This document shows positions 1-11,409 of a stretch of 64,000 bases of DNA, in pieces. Origin of the DNA: Cetorhinus maximus (lineage: Eukaryota); the NCBI RefSeq assembly GCF_964194155.1, contig NC_135899.1:10230001-10294000 (forward strand), read 5' to 3'. Position 1 is the stretch's first letter, and each line of letters opens with the position of its first letter. The notes beneath the pieces were generated by a model that was given only the letters and a program-made list of their open reading frames with translations, had not been told where the DNA came from and searched no databases. Position numbers and translations under genes: made by a program.

Positions 1-590
1 CCTGCCGATGGGATAGGACATAACCAGGAATGGGGAAGGCAAGGTTTGATTCCGATGACTATTTCAAGCTGTTGCTTGACGAGTCTGTGTAGCAGCTCCC
101 CCAATTTTGACACAGGCCCCTAGATGTTAACAAGGAAGATTTTAACAGTCGACAGGGTTGGGCTTAGATACGAATTAGAAGCAGGAGTAGACCATTCGGC
201 CCACTGAGCCTTGTGGCTGATCTGATTGTAACCTCAACCTCACAATCCTGCCTCCCCCCGATAGGCTTTCACCCCATTTGCCATCGTCGTTTCTGGTGCC
301 TATTACCATGCCTTTGCATGCCTTTTTAGCAGTTGGATACAATTGAGTGGCCTGCAAGGCCATTTCAGAGTGAACCACATTGCTGTGGATCTGGAGTCAT
401 ATGTAGACCAAGCCAGTTGAGGAACCAGATGGTTTTCTACAGCAATCAGCAATAGTTTCATTAGACTTTTTAATTCCAGACTTCTATTGAATTCCAGTTC
501 CACTATCTGCTCTGGTACGATTCGAACCCGGGTATCCGGAGCACTGTCTCTAGGTTACTAGCCCAATGACAATACTACAAGCCACCACCA
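1..590 (-). mobile_element. 5' fragment of tRNA-headed CR1-clade LINE (head plus start of APE domain), interrupted by a short CR1 3' tail (~170-280)
   Basis: Minus strand has B box GGTTCGAATC (~520-529), then the same body as 9870-10330 and 59100-59562, running into decayed APE N-terminus sequence. Confidence 0.7.
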
Positions 591-1174
591 ATGTGAGCTA
601 ACATGGAAGACAGGCAAATGCGTTCACTGGCAGCAGTTCAATGGGAATGGGGTCACTGGAGCTCGGAGGAAGATCCTGAGATCCAATCTCAGTAAAAAGC
701 TGCAGCAAATACGGTGACAACAGCACAGCTGGAATTCAACTTAGGTGAAAGCCAATTTCTGACCAGGACCCGGCAAAGTAGCAGAATAAAGCTCAGAGAC
801 CAGCTGTGCAGTGAAATATTGTTCTGCCCATGAATTTAAAACAAGTGACCTTAAACTTGAAGCGATTGTGTGGAAGAGCAGAGTCACGGCAGCAAATCAA
901 CACTCGGGGTGATATTGGAAATCAGTGGGGTCGTAAAGTCGTGGAATCACATTTGCCGACTGTTATATGACAGGGCGGATATTCTGTAACATTGAAGTCA
1001 ATGAAAGTGAATATCGGGCGGAGAGCATTTAGTCTCGCTAATGTCCCCAACCTTTCCAGCATCCACAGTATTATAATTTTGTATGGATCAGACATGCTTT
1101 TTTGAATGGTCGCAAAAATCGAGAGGCTAAATGCTCCGCTTCCAAAATACCACATTGAGCTCGCTCTGTTTATC

Positions 1175-1440
1175 GTCAGACGTGTTACCTTTCAGGTGAG
1201 ATTTTAAACCAAGGTCTTTTCTGCTTCACGCTATGTTTCGGATGCGACAGGAAAGAGAAGCAGTGGTGTTATCCTTCTGCCCTCAAAAGAACGCCAAAGA
1301 GAATTTAGCAGGTTATTATTTTTATATTCTCTCTGTGGATCTTGCTGCATGTTAAATGGCTACTGCACTTGCGGAAATTCATTGCGGGTGGTAAGTTTCT
1401 GGGATGGGTTGAGACCCTGTCTGAACGCAAGTCTTTCATT
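1175..1440 (+). mobile_element. Degraded Deu-domain tRNA-derived SINE (SacSINE1-like) body/tail
   Basis: Similar to 3062-3310 and 3870-4030 (ctttcaggtgagattttaaacc... gatcttgctgcatgttaaatggct... gcaagtcttt). Confidence 0.55.
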
Positions 1441-1541
1441 GTTACAAAGCACACCACTGCCACCTGCTGACAGAATCTCAGTGCTGCAGGAAACAATTCC
1501 CCAATAAAGAAATGACCTAAACCGATGACTGTCTTTGAAAG

Positions 1542-2400
1542 AAAAACAGAATTACCTGGAAAAACTCAGCAGGTCTGGCAGCATCGGCGGAGAAGAAATG
1601 AGTTAACGTTTCGAGCCTTCATGGCCCTTCGGCAGAACTGAAGCATAGTTAGGAGAAGGGAGAAATATAAACTGGTTTAAGGTGGGAGGGGGGGGGGGTT
1701 GGTGGAGAGAGACATTGAGGGTGTGGTGATTTGATTGTGGAGATGAGCAAATAATCAAAAGATGTCACAGACAAAAGGGTCAAAGAGGCGTTGAAGGTGG
1801 TGACATCCGTCCAAGAAAAGTGCCAATCAAGAATGGAAGACAGGATACTCAAAGCACAGCTCCAGTGGGGGTGGGGCGGAAAGACCAACAAGGTTCTAGT
1901 TTTAGATTCAAAAACAATGGAAATAGGTGGGGAAAGAAGAATCTATATAAATTATTGAAAAAAAAGGGGGGGGAGAAACAGGGTGGGGATGGGGGGAGGG
2001 GGAGTTTAAGATCTAAAGTTGTTGAATTCAATAATCAGCCCAGAAGGCTGTAAAGTGCCTAGTCGGAAGATGAGGTGCTGTTCCTCCAGTTTGTGTTGGG
2101 CTTCACTGGAACAATGCAGCAAGCCAAGGACAGACATGTGGGCAAGAGAACAGGGTGGAGTGTTAAAATGGCAAGCGACAGGGAGATTTGGGTCTTTCTT
2201 GCGGACAGACCGCAGGTGTTCCGCAAAACGGTCGCCCAGTTTGCGTTTGGTCTCTCCAATGTAGAGGAGACCGCATTGGGAGCAACGAATGCAGTAGACT
2301 AAGTTAGGGGAAATGCAAGTGAAATGCTGCTTCACTTGAAAGAAGTGTTTGGGCCCTTGGACGGTGAGGAGAGAGGAAGTGAAGGGGCAGGTTTTGCATC
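1542..2400 (-). mobile_element. Penelope-like element, 5'-truncated, GIY-YIG endonuclease plus pLTR
   Basis: ORF 2006-2335 NLVYCIRCSQCGLLYIGETKRKLGDRFAEH (GIY-YIG); perfect 17-bp target-site duplication ATGACTGTCTTTGAAAG at 1525-1541 and 2401-2417; hammerhead-like motif ~1600-1640. Confidence 0.92.
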
Positions 2401-2504
2401 ATGACTGTCTTTGAAAGGTTCACTGTGACGCCTGCAACTGACTGAAACCCTTTTGATACAGGTGGAAACCGTGCACACGCGCAATGACTGCGATGGCGTC
2501 ATGG

Positions 2505-3055
2505 AAACATGGATAAATGAAAATCTAAAAGTTTAACCGGACACTGGTGAGACCACATCTGGAACACTGTGTCCATATTGGTCTCCTTATTTAAGGAAGG
2601 ATGTAAGTGCATTAGAAGCAATTCAGAGAAGGCTTACTAGACTAATACCAGGAATGTGCAAGTTATTTTATGAGGAAAGATTGGACAGACTAGGTTTATA
2701 TCCGCTGCAGTTTAGAAGATTAAGAGGCGACTTGATTGAAAGATCCTGAGTGTTCTTGACGGGGTGGATGTGGATATGATGGTTCCGATTGTGGGAGGAT
2801 CTGGAATGAGGGGCCACTGTTTAAAAATAAGGAGCCGCCCATTTCAGACAGATGAGAAGATTTTTTTTTTCTCTGAGGGTAGTGAGTCTTTGTAAATCCC
2901 ATCCTGAAAAAGCAGTGGAAGCAGAGCCTTTGAATGTTTTTGAGGCAGAGGTGGATAGATTATTGATAAAGAAGGGGGTGAAATATTTCCGGGTGTCGCC
3001 TGGAGGTTACAGTCAGATCAGCCATGATCTGTATTGAATGGCAAAGAGTCTCGAA
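2505..3055 (+). mobile_element. CR1 LINE 3' fragment
   Basis: Decayed ORF2 C-terminus (LVRPHLEHCV, FRRLRGDL, FQTDEKIF...) and 3' UTR. Confidence 0.85.
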
Positions 3056-3061
3056 GGCCAG

Positions 3062-3310
3062 CTGAGTCGCAAGGTTATGGGTTCAAGTCCTCCTCCAAAG
3101 CTTGAGCAGAAAAATCAAAGCTGACACTCCGTGCACCACTGAGGGAGTGCCACATTGTCAGCGATAACGTCTTTCAGATGAGATGATAAACTGGGGCTGC
3201 ATGTGCCTGCTCTTGTTAATGAGAAATTTCACTGGCATCATTTCAAAGAAGAGCAGTGAGTTATCCCCGGTGTTCTGGCCAAAATTTATCCCTCAATCAA
3301 CATCAACTCA
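3062..3310 (+). mobile_element. Deu-domain tRNA-derived SINE (SacSINE1-like)
   Basis: B box GGTTCAAGTCC followed by actgagggagtgc...gtctttcagatgagatg core; related fragments at 3640-3845 (-), 3870-4030 (+), 11170-11410 (+). Confidence 0.7.
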
Positions 3311-3311
3311 A

Positions 3312-3480
3312 CTTTTTAAAATTTATATAAATGACTTGGATGAAGAGCTCATAGGTAAAGTTGCTAAATTTGCTGATGATACAAAATTAGGTCGGAAATT
3401 CATTTGTGAAGAGGACATAAGGGCACTACAAGAGACCATAGGTATGTTAAATGAATGGGTTAATATCTGACAAATGGAGG
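3312..3480 (+). mobile_element. CR1 RT fragment
   Basis: LFKIYINDLD...KFADDTKLG motif. Confidence 0.85.
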
Positions 3481-4335
3481 GCGCTGCTCCTGAATTGAGC
3501 TTTATCTGCTCAAACTGACATTTAAAAGGACATGCATTTATATAGCCCTTCAAGCTGCTTTATAGCATCTTTGAAGCATGGACATTTTTGAAAGGCAGGA
3601 AACAACTAATTTTATGCAAAACAAAGTCTCAAAAATAACAATGTGATAATGGTCAGACATTCCGTGTTGTCATTGGTCAAACGAACATACAAACTATGAA
3701 CTGGGGGGAACTAGCTGCTCTTCTTTGAAAAGGTGCTATGTGACCTTTGCCACCCACCAGAGCAGGCACATGCAGCCTCAGTTTACCATCTCATCCAAAA
3801 GACGACACCTCTGACAGTGTGGCACTCCCTCAGAACTGCACGGACTGTCATTGACTCCTAGTTGGTATGTTCATTTGACCAGTGACAATGGCGATTGTCA
3901 CATTGTTATTTGTGTGTGAGTTTGGTTTGCATAAAATTAGTTGCCGTGTTTCCTACAACCATGACCACGCTTCAAAGTTACTTCTTTGTCTATAAAGTGG
4001 CTTGAAGTACTATATAAATGCAAGTCTTTTTAAATGTAAGTTTGAGCAGATAAAGTTCCTTTCCGGAACTAGAAAAAAATCTCGAGATATTCAAACTCTG
4101 TGTCTGGGGGTTTGGGACCTGTGGATTCACATCTCAGGCAGTGCTCCACCCACAACGAGTCCCTGAAAAAGAGGCTGCACATCACAGAGTGTCTGAACAG
4201 GACTGTGGGACAGACCAGTGGAAAACGAGAGGGGATTAAATCACATTCCGATTGGGATTGGTATTGAAGTGTGTCCTCCTACATGAAGATCATTCCTGAC
4301 AATCCAGAAGGGAAAAAAACACAGGGTGTGACCCG

Positions 4336-5790
4336 TGTCACAACTGACTGGGGATAGTGCGCTGTATACGCAAGCCCCACTGCTCCCTGGGCCACGACAA
4401 ATGTGAAAAGCTTGATCAAAGCACCAAATTGCCCCAATTCTACCTAACTGTTTAATTTAGGTTAACAGAATACGAGCACCAGGTTAGTAAACTTAATAAG
4501 TAAATAACTGTTTATTAAACAAATTGCCTTTAACAAGTGGTAAAAGAAAGAAATATGAACTGTTAACTTCTAACTCTATAACTTCAATTCTGCCCCTTCT
4601 TAAATCCCGCATACACACAACAAGATATAAAAGACACACAAAACCTGGATTTTAAGGGTGGGATAAAACAGTTCAATAGCACCAATCCGGAGTACAGGAT
4701 TCGATGCGCTGATTTCGATTGATGTCTTCCAAATTCCTCTCAGTTCTCTGTTGATGACATGAGGTCGCCTTCCAGCACTTTCAGTCTTTAGTACATTGGT
4801 TGAGAACATGCTTTTTAATGTTTTTAATGTTGATTTCCCCTTTTTCCTCTTCACAGGTTTTTTTTTAGAGAGAGCAGGTTACAGAGATATGAGTAAAAAT
4901 CCAGCCAGCTATTCTTGTAGAATTAATGGAATGTAACACACACAAGAGAAAGAGGATTTAGGTGTTTTCTCTTTGCAGGCTAAGTTTCTGTTGCATTGCT
5001 ACCACACAAAACCTGGTCACCTCTTCAGGAGCCAATTAAAATGTTATGGTCAGGCATAAGTCCGGGACTCCTTTCCTGCACCAAAGTCTTTCATGGCGCA
5101 CTCTGTTCCAGGATAGCAACATTTGTATATATTTCTCACCCTGTTCCAGTAGACATATCTTTCAAACTGTAGCCAACATAAATGGAGAAAAATAAAAATG
5201 TTAGAGTTAACTAAAAATTTCTATATAATGCTTCTATTTATGCGTTCTTAGTAAAATTAAGGGTTAGCAACATTTTCCAGGCAAACCTTGTTGGCCATAA
5301 AGGTCCATGTCAGCAGGGTTCTCCAGACATACTTTGGGAATCATAACATATTAACGGTTTGGGAGACAGAGCGGAGTTGAAGATAAACAGAAAAGGATGA
5401 GAACAGATGGTTCTAGGATGAGCCAGGCTAGGACAAGATAAGGGGAGCTTTACTTGAGTAAGGGAAAATATGTACATGGGACTGGGCAACACCTGCTTAT
5501 TATGTGATTATGTATTGACAAAGATTGGAATTCAAATAATGTACTGTCTACGTGACCAAGAGGGTATAGAAATGTTGGCTTTCTTGTAATCAGTAGAATT
5601 CTGCGTTAGCCAGACTAAGACAGTTTCTCCCTGCGTTTGCCTGAATAAACTAATCATTAAACTATACCTGAGTCTCCTGTGGTCGATCCTTAGAAGCTAC
5701 CACAACAAAGATATGTTCTTCCGGTTCGAAAGAATCCCGTCTCGGAAATGAGAGATAAACAGACATTTTATTAAGGTTGTAAAAATACAG
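4336..5790 (-). mobile_element. Solo-LTR-like element, related to the LTR at 21691-25650; contains a nested LTR
   Basis: Starts TGTCACA; 4336-4520 resembles the reverse complement of 25480-25650 (agccccact.ctccc, tttatt); far end approximate, no TSD identified. Confidence 0.5.
5199..5707 (+). mobile_element. Solo LTR
   Basis: TGTT...AACA termini, TATA-like gggtatagaaa ~5563, AATAAA ~5644, imperfect 4-bp flanks (aaaa/aaga). Confidence 0.6.
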
Positions 5791-6219
5791 AGTAAAGGGG
5801 GAAGGGGAGAGGAGAGGCCAATGTTGATTTGAAATAAATGACTTGTTTCACTGCAGAGAAATTCTGTGTTTCTATTGTGAATTCCACAATCTGGAACATC
5901 CGTGTCTATTTTTATTGTTACTGTTTGGCTGTTAAGCATCGCCTGGAAAGAAGCAGCATAGGATGGCAAACCTCATGTATGGGACCCCGACACCCCTTAC
6001 ACAGCCCAGCGGAATTTCCTTATATTCATTTCAAGGGGAGGAAAATCTGGGCAGTTCCTGTCATTGGCGATAATCCTTCCCGCCAGACGGAATTCTACTC
6101 AATTTTGGAAAATACTCTCGTCTGTCATCAGCATGGGGAGAGTTCTGTCATTATCTTTAAAATAAGAGCGAGGTCATTCAGGGGTGAAATCTCGAAGCAT
6201 TTTTTTAACAAAGTGCAAG

Positions 6220-9200
6220 TGCTGTTTTGGGGGGAGGGGGGTTTAAACTAATTTGGCAGGGGGATGGGATACAGAGTGGGGGCACAGGAGGGGATGACGC
6301 AAAGCCAAATTTGGAAAAGAACTAAGTCAGTCTGGAAGGAAGAGCAAATATAGACCTGTTAAGGCAAGGGAATAATGCAAGGCTGGATTGCCTCTATTTT
6401 AACCAAGGTATCCTTACAAGGCATATGGATTGAGGATGTTGAATAACACATGGGAATATGATATTGTTGCTATCACAGAGACATGGTTGAGGGGAGGGCA
6501 AGACTGGTAACTCAATATTCCAGGGTTTAGAATCTCCAGACGTGACAAGGGGGGTGGAAAGAGAGGGGAGCATTGCACTATTGATCAAGAAGCCAATTAC
6601 TGCAGTGAGGAGGGATGACATCTTAGAAGGTTCCTCAAATGAGGGCATATGGGTAGAACGTAAAAAAAAAAAGGGAGCAATCACGTTGCTGGGAGGCCTC
6701 CATATAGTCAGGGGAGATAGAGAAGCAGATATGTAGGCAAATGTCAGAGAAGCAAAAAATAATAGGGTATTAAGAGTAGGGGATTTCAACTTCCCCCATA
6801 TTAACTTGGATAGTGCTAGTGTGAAAGGCTTAGAGGGGGCAGAATTCTTAAAGTGCATCCAGGAGAGATTTTTGAGTCAGCACATAGAAAGTCCTACAAG
6901 AGAAGGGCGGGGAAAGAAGCCGGGCAAGTGAAAGAAGTGTCAGTGGGGGAGCATTTCGGGGATAGTGACCATAACTCTGTAAGATTTAAGGTAGTTATGG
7001 AAAAGGGAAAAGATGGGCCGGAAATAGAGGTCCTGAATTGAGGGAAGGCCGATTTCAAAGTAATAAGACATGACCCGGCCAAAGTGAGCTGGAGGCGCTA
7101 CATGTTGCAAAGTCTACTTGTTACAAAGTGGGAGTCATTCAAAAAGGAAGTAGTGAGAGTTCAGGGCCAACATGTTCTCGTAAAGGTGAAGGGTAGGACC
7201 AACAAGTGTCGGGAATCCTGGATGTCAAGGGATATAAGGGAATGGGTAAGGAAAAAAAAGGAGGCTTATGGCAGATACAGAGGGCTGAAAACAGCAGAAG
7301 CCCCAGAGGAGTGTAGAGGGATACTTAAATAAGTAATTAGGAGAGCGAAGAGGAGGCACGAAGAAACAGTCGCAGGAAAGATAAAGGGAAATCCCAAGGC
7401 ATTTTATAAATATATTGACGGCAAGAGGATAACTAGGGAAAGAGTAGGGCCCATTAGGGGCCAAAGTGGCACTCCGTGCGTGGAGCCGAAGGACTTAGGT
7501 AAGGTTTTAAATGATTACTTTTCATCTGTGTTCATTATGGAGAAGGACGATGTAGGTGTAGAAATCGGGGAGGGGGACTGTGTACTTGTACAAATTAACA
7601 TTGAAAGAGAGGAGGTATTAACGATTTTAGTGGGCTTAAAAATGGATAAATCCCCAGGCCCAGATGAGATGTATCCCAGGCTGCTATGTGAGGCAAGGGA
7701 GAAGATTGCAAGGGCTCGAACACTAATTTTCAAACCCTCTCTGGCCGCAGGAGAGGTGCCAGAGGGCTGGAAGTCAGCGAATGTGATAACTTTATTCAAC
7801 AAGGGTAGTAGGGATAAACCAGGTATCATGAATCTATTAATGTACATAAAATTTGGGAAGATATTTTTCTTTTAAAAAAGAGGTTTAGTTTGCGGGTATG
7901 TCTTAATTGCATTAAAGCCAGCTAGTCTGGGTGCTTTGATATGTACTAGTTTTGAGATGTAAGACAGATAGCATGCAGTTGCATGTTTTCAATAGAGCAT
8001 TCAAGAAGTGGGGTGAAAATTAATGCCTTTCGTGCAGCTATGAAGCAATATGTTTATATTACTAATAAAATTGGTATTATGAAAGAGGTTTCATTGTTAA
8101 AAGGTGAAGTTTTGTGTGCGGGCAGAGGCAATGTAAGATCAAAAGGCAGCTGCAAGCCTCCAACTGGCTCCACGTGAAAAGAACCTCATTTTGAATTCGT
8201 GAGGTAAAAATGCTTTGCCTGGTGTTTGGTTAAGTCTATGAATTGCTATTGCCTTAATGGAGATTAGTTTGGGAATTTGTTAAAAAGATATGGTAGTAGT
8301 AATTTGTAGCCATGCGTACATATAGTTTAACCTGCGTAAATTAATAAAATGTTTCATATAGTTTAATGTAAAACCTCGAGAACTAATGGTCTGATTCCTG
8401 AGTTTAGAGTCGCTTCTCAAACATAACACTTAAAATTATTGGTTATGACCATTGTTTAAAGTTTCCTTCTGGAATTTTAAAAAATAACTCCACTTTACCA
8501 ACAGCCAGTAAGTCTAACATCAGTGTTAGGGAAACTATTGGAAAAAATTCTGAGGAACAAGATTAAGCTCCACTTGGAGAGGCAGGGATTAATCAGGGAT
8601 AGTCAGCTTGACTTTGTCAGGGTAATACCATGCCTAACAAATTTGATTGATTTTTTTAGAGGAGGTGACTAGTTGTGTAGATGAGGGCAGTTGATATAGT
8701 CTACATCGACTTCAGTAAGGCTTTTGACAAGATCCAGCATGGGAGAATTGTCAAGAAGGTAAATGCCCATGGGTTCCAGGGCAATTTGGCAAATTGGAAC
8801 CAAAATTGGCTTAATGGCAGGAGGCAGAGGGTGATGGTCAAAGGTGTTTTTTTTTGTGATTGGAAGCTTGTGATGTACTGCAGGGATCGGTGGTGGGACC
8901 CGTGCTGTTTCTAGTGTACATTAACGATTTAGATGTGAATTTAGGAGGTATGATCAGCAAGTTTGCAGATGACATGAAAATTGGTGGTGTCATAAACAGT
9001 GAGGAGGAAAGCCTTAGATCACAGCGCGATATAGATGGGCTGGTAAGATGGGCAGAGCAGTGGTAAATGGAGTTTAATCCTGAGAATTGTGAGGTGATGC
9101 ATTTTGGGAGGACTAACATGGCAAGGGAATACACAATGAATGGTAGGAACCTAGGAAGTACAGAGGGTCAGAGGGACCTTGGTGTACATGTCAATTGATC

Positions 9201-9870
9201 CCTGAAGGCAGCAGCACATGCAGATAAGGTGCTTAAGATGGCATATGGTATAGTTGCCTTTATTAGCCGAGGCATAGAATATAAGAGCAGGGAGGTTATG
9301 TTGGAGCTGTATAAAACGCTAGTCAGGACACAGGCGGAGCACTGTGTGCAGTTCTGGTCGCCACATTATAGGAAGGATATGATTGCACTGGAGAGGGTGC
9401 GGAGGAGATTCACCAGGATGTTGCCTGGGCTGGAGAGGTTCAGCTACGAAGAGGGACTGGATATGCTAGGGATGGCTTCCTTAGAGCAGAGAAGGCTGAG
9501 GGGGGACCTGATAGAGGTGTGCAAAATTATGATGGGCATAGATAAGGTAGATAAGAAACTCTTTCCCTTAACAGAGCAGTCAATTGTCAGGGGTCATAGA
9601 ATTATGTTAAGGAGCAGGAGGTTTAGAGGGGATTTGAGGAAAAACATTTTCATACAGAGGGTTTTTGAAATCTGGAACACAATGCCTGAGAAGGTAGTGG
9701 AGGCTGGAATCCTCACAACATTTAAGCAGTAATTAGACGATCATTTGAAACGCCATAGCATACAGGGCTATGGGCCAAGCGCTGGAAAATGGGATTAGAA
9801 TAGATCGATCCTTGATGGCCAGCATGGACTGAAGGGCCTGTTCTTGTGCTGTATACCTCTATGACTCTAT
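6220..9870 (+). mobile_element. CR1 LINE, near full-length decayed ORF2 (APE + RT)
   Basis: DIVAITETWL, GDSDHNSVRF, KSPGPDEMYPRLL, DFSKAFDK, QGSVVGP, KFADD, LRGDLIEV motifs in shifting frames; ctctatgactctat tail. Confidence 0.93.
7824..8500 (+). mobile_element. Solo-LTR-like insertion inside CR1
   Basis: Interrupts CR1 between DKPG and (Y)RPVSLT codons; begins TATCATG (decayed TGTCATG), AATAAA ~8343. Confidence 0.6.
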
Positions 9871-10332
9871 CTGCAGGACAGGTCATCCAATTTTGCCACA
9901 AGCCCCTAGATGTTAGTGAGGAGGATTTTGCATGTTCACAGGGCTGATTTTGTCATTGTCATTTCCGGTGCCCAGGTTGCTGCCAGGTGGTCTGTCTGGT
10001 TTCATTCCTTTTTCTAGACTTTGCAATGGGACTGAGTGGATAACTAAGCCATTTCAGAAGGCATTAAGAGTCAACCATGTTGCTGTGGATATGCAGCCAG
10101 CAGACGACAGATTTCCTTCTGTAAAGGTATTAGTGAACCAGGTGGATCTTTTTGACAATCGACAATGATTTAATGGTCACTATTACTGAGGTTAGCTTTT
10201 TGATACCAGATTTATTGACTGAATTTAAATTCCACCAGCTGCCTTGCTGGGATTCGAACCTGTATCCCCACAGCAGTAGCCTGGACCTCTGGATTACTAG
10301 TTTGTTGACATTAACACTATGCCACCACCTCA
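9870..10332 (-). mobile_element. 5' fragment of tRNA-headed CR1-clade LINE
   Basis: A box 10314-10324, perfect B box GGTTCGAATCC 10250-10260, contiguous with APE start LLTNI*GLVAKLD at ~9885-9925. Confidence 0.8.
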
Positions 10333-10689
10333 CCCACTCACCCCTCACCCTGAGTACGCACCTTACTCAAACAGCCCGTACTTTCTAAACTCAGACCATA
10401 GCGCCTAACATCAGATGTGATTCCACGATTGGGCAGCACTTACTGAACAAACCCAATTACACTACACTATTACATGAACAACCAATTCAAGAATAACAGT
10501 CAGGCTTGTAATGGGACTCACTTACGCTTGCCAGAAGCGACATAAAATCACACACAGGGCTCTGCCCTCTGTAAACAAAAAGAAAATGTCCAAACATTGC
10601 ACCTTTTTGAACTGAACAAAAGTTCTTTTACGGTGAGCAAGAAGTCCCTGGGGGTATTTCCCATGACAATGCCTCAATCAATCTCAGTT

Positions 10690-10912
10690 GACTTGCCTGG
10701 TTTGCATTTCAAAAAAAGTTTGGACAGAACTGTTCCCTCGCACATTCACCATGGCAATGTCTCGACCGATGAGTGTCCACTTGCTTACCAATCAGTCCCT
10801 TTTTGCCATGAAGTATAAATTGTTGTTCCATTTGAAATTTAGTATTCTTGAAATTCTGTCCTGATGAGTTCAAGGCAAAAAGAATCGACAGCATGTCTCT
10901 TTTTGCAGCAAT
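10690..10912 (+). mobile_element. Penelope-type pLTR remnant (CCAAT, TATAAA, decayed hammerhead); related copies at 27292-27520 and 59605-59730
   Basis: ccaatc...gtataaattgttg...tgtcCTGATGAGttcaaggcAAAAagaatcgaca recurs three times in the window. Confidence 0.6.
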
Positions 10913-11409
10913 AATCCAATTCTACACTAACAAGCAACTATTCGTACACTCAGAGTTCTTCCTGCATTTTTTTAAAGAAGTCTGGCCTCGGGTCCCTCAG
11001 AGGGATCCCTTGAGTAGAGGCCTAAGTTCTGTAGTTGTTTGCAAGGACTGAAAACAGCAGACAATCCACTCCATCATCTCTCCAGACTTCCTCTGTTACC
11101 AAACATTCAAACCTCAGGTTGTCAGCTGACTCTGGAGTCGTGGCAGGCGTTAATTGTATTTCAGTGGCAATGCTTGGACCTGAGTCATAAGGTCATTACA
11201 GACTCCTGAACTCATAATGCAGGCAAGACTTTCCTGTGCACTACTGAGGGGGTGCTATATTACAAACAAACGAGAATGTGAACTTTTCCCTCCCCAGAAG
11301 ATCTGTATTTGGATGAGCTGATAAATCGATGCCCGTTCTACGCCCTCCAGTGGACAGAAAAAAAAACTATAGTATTATTCGAATATGAGCAGGGGAATTA
11401 TGCCCGGCA

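Noticed and set aside
9229-9732. RT-like ORFs (also 60221-60733, 61221-61919) as host genes or a prokaryotic retron/DGR-type system
   Set aside because: They are frame-broken pieces of CR1 ORF2 in a eukaryotic intron-exon context
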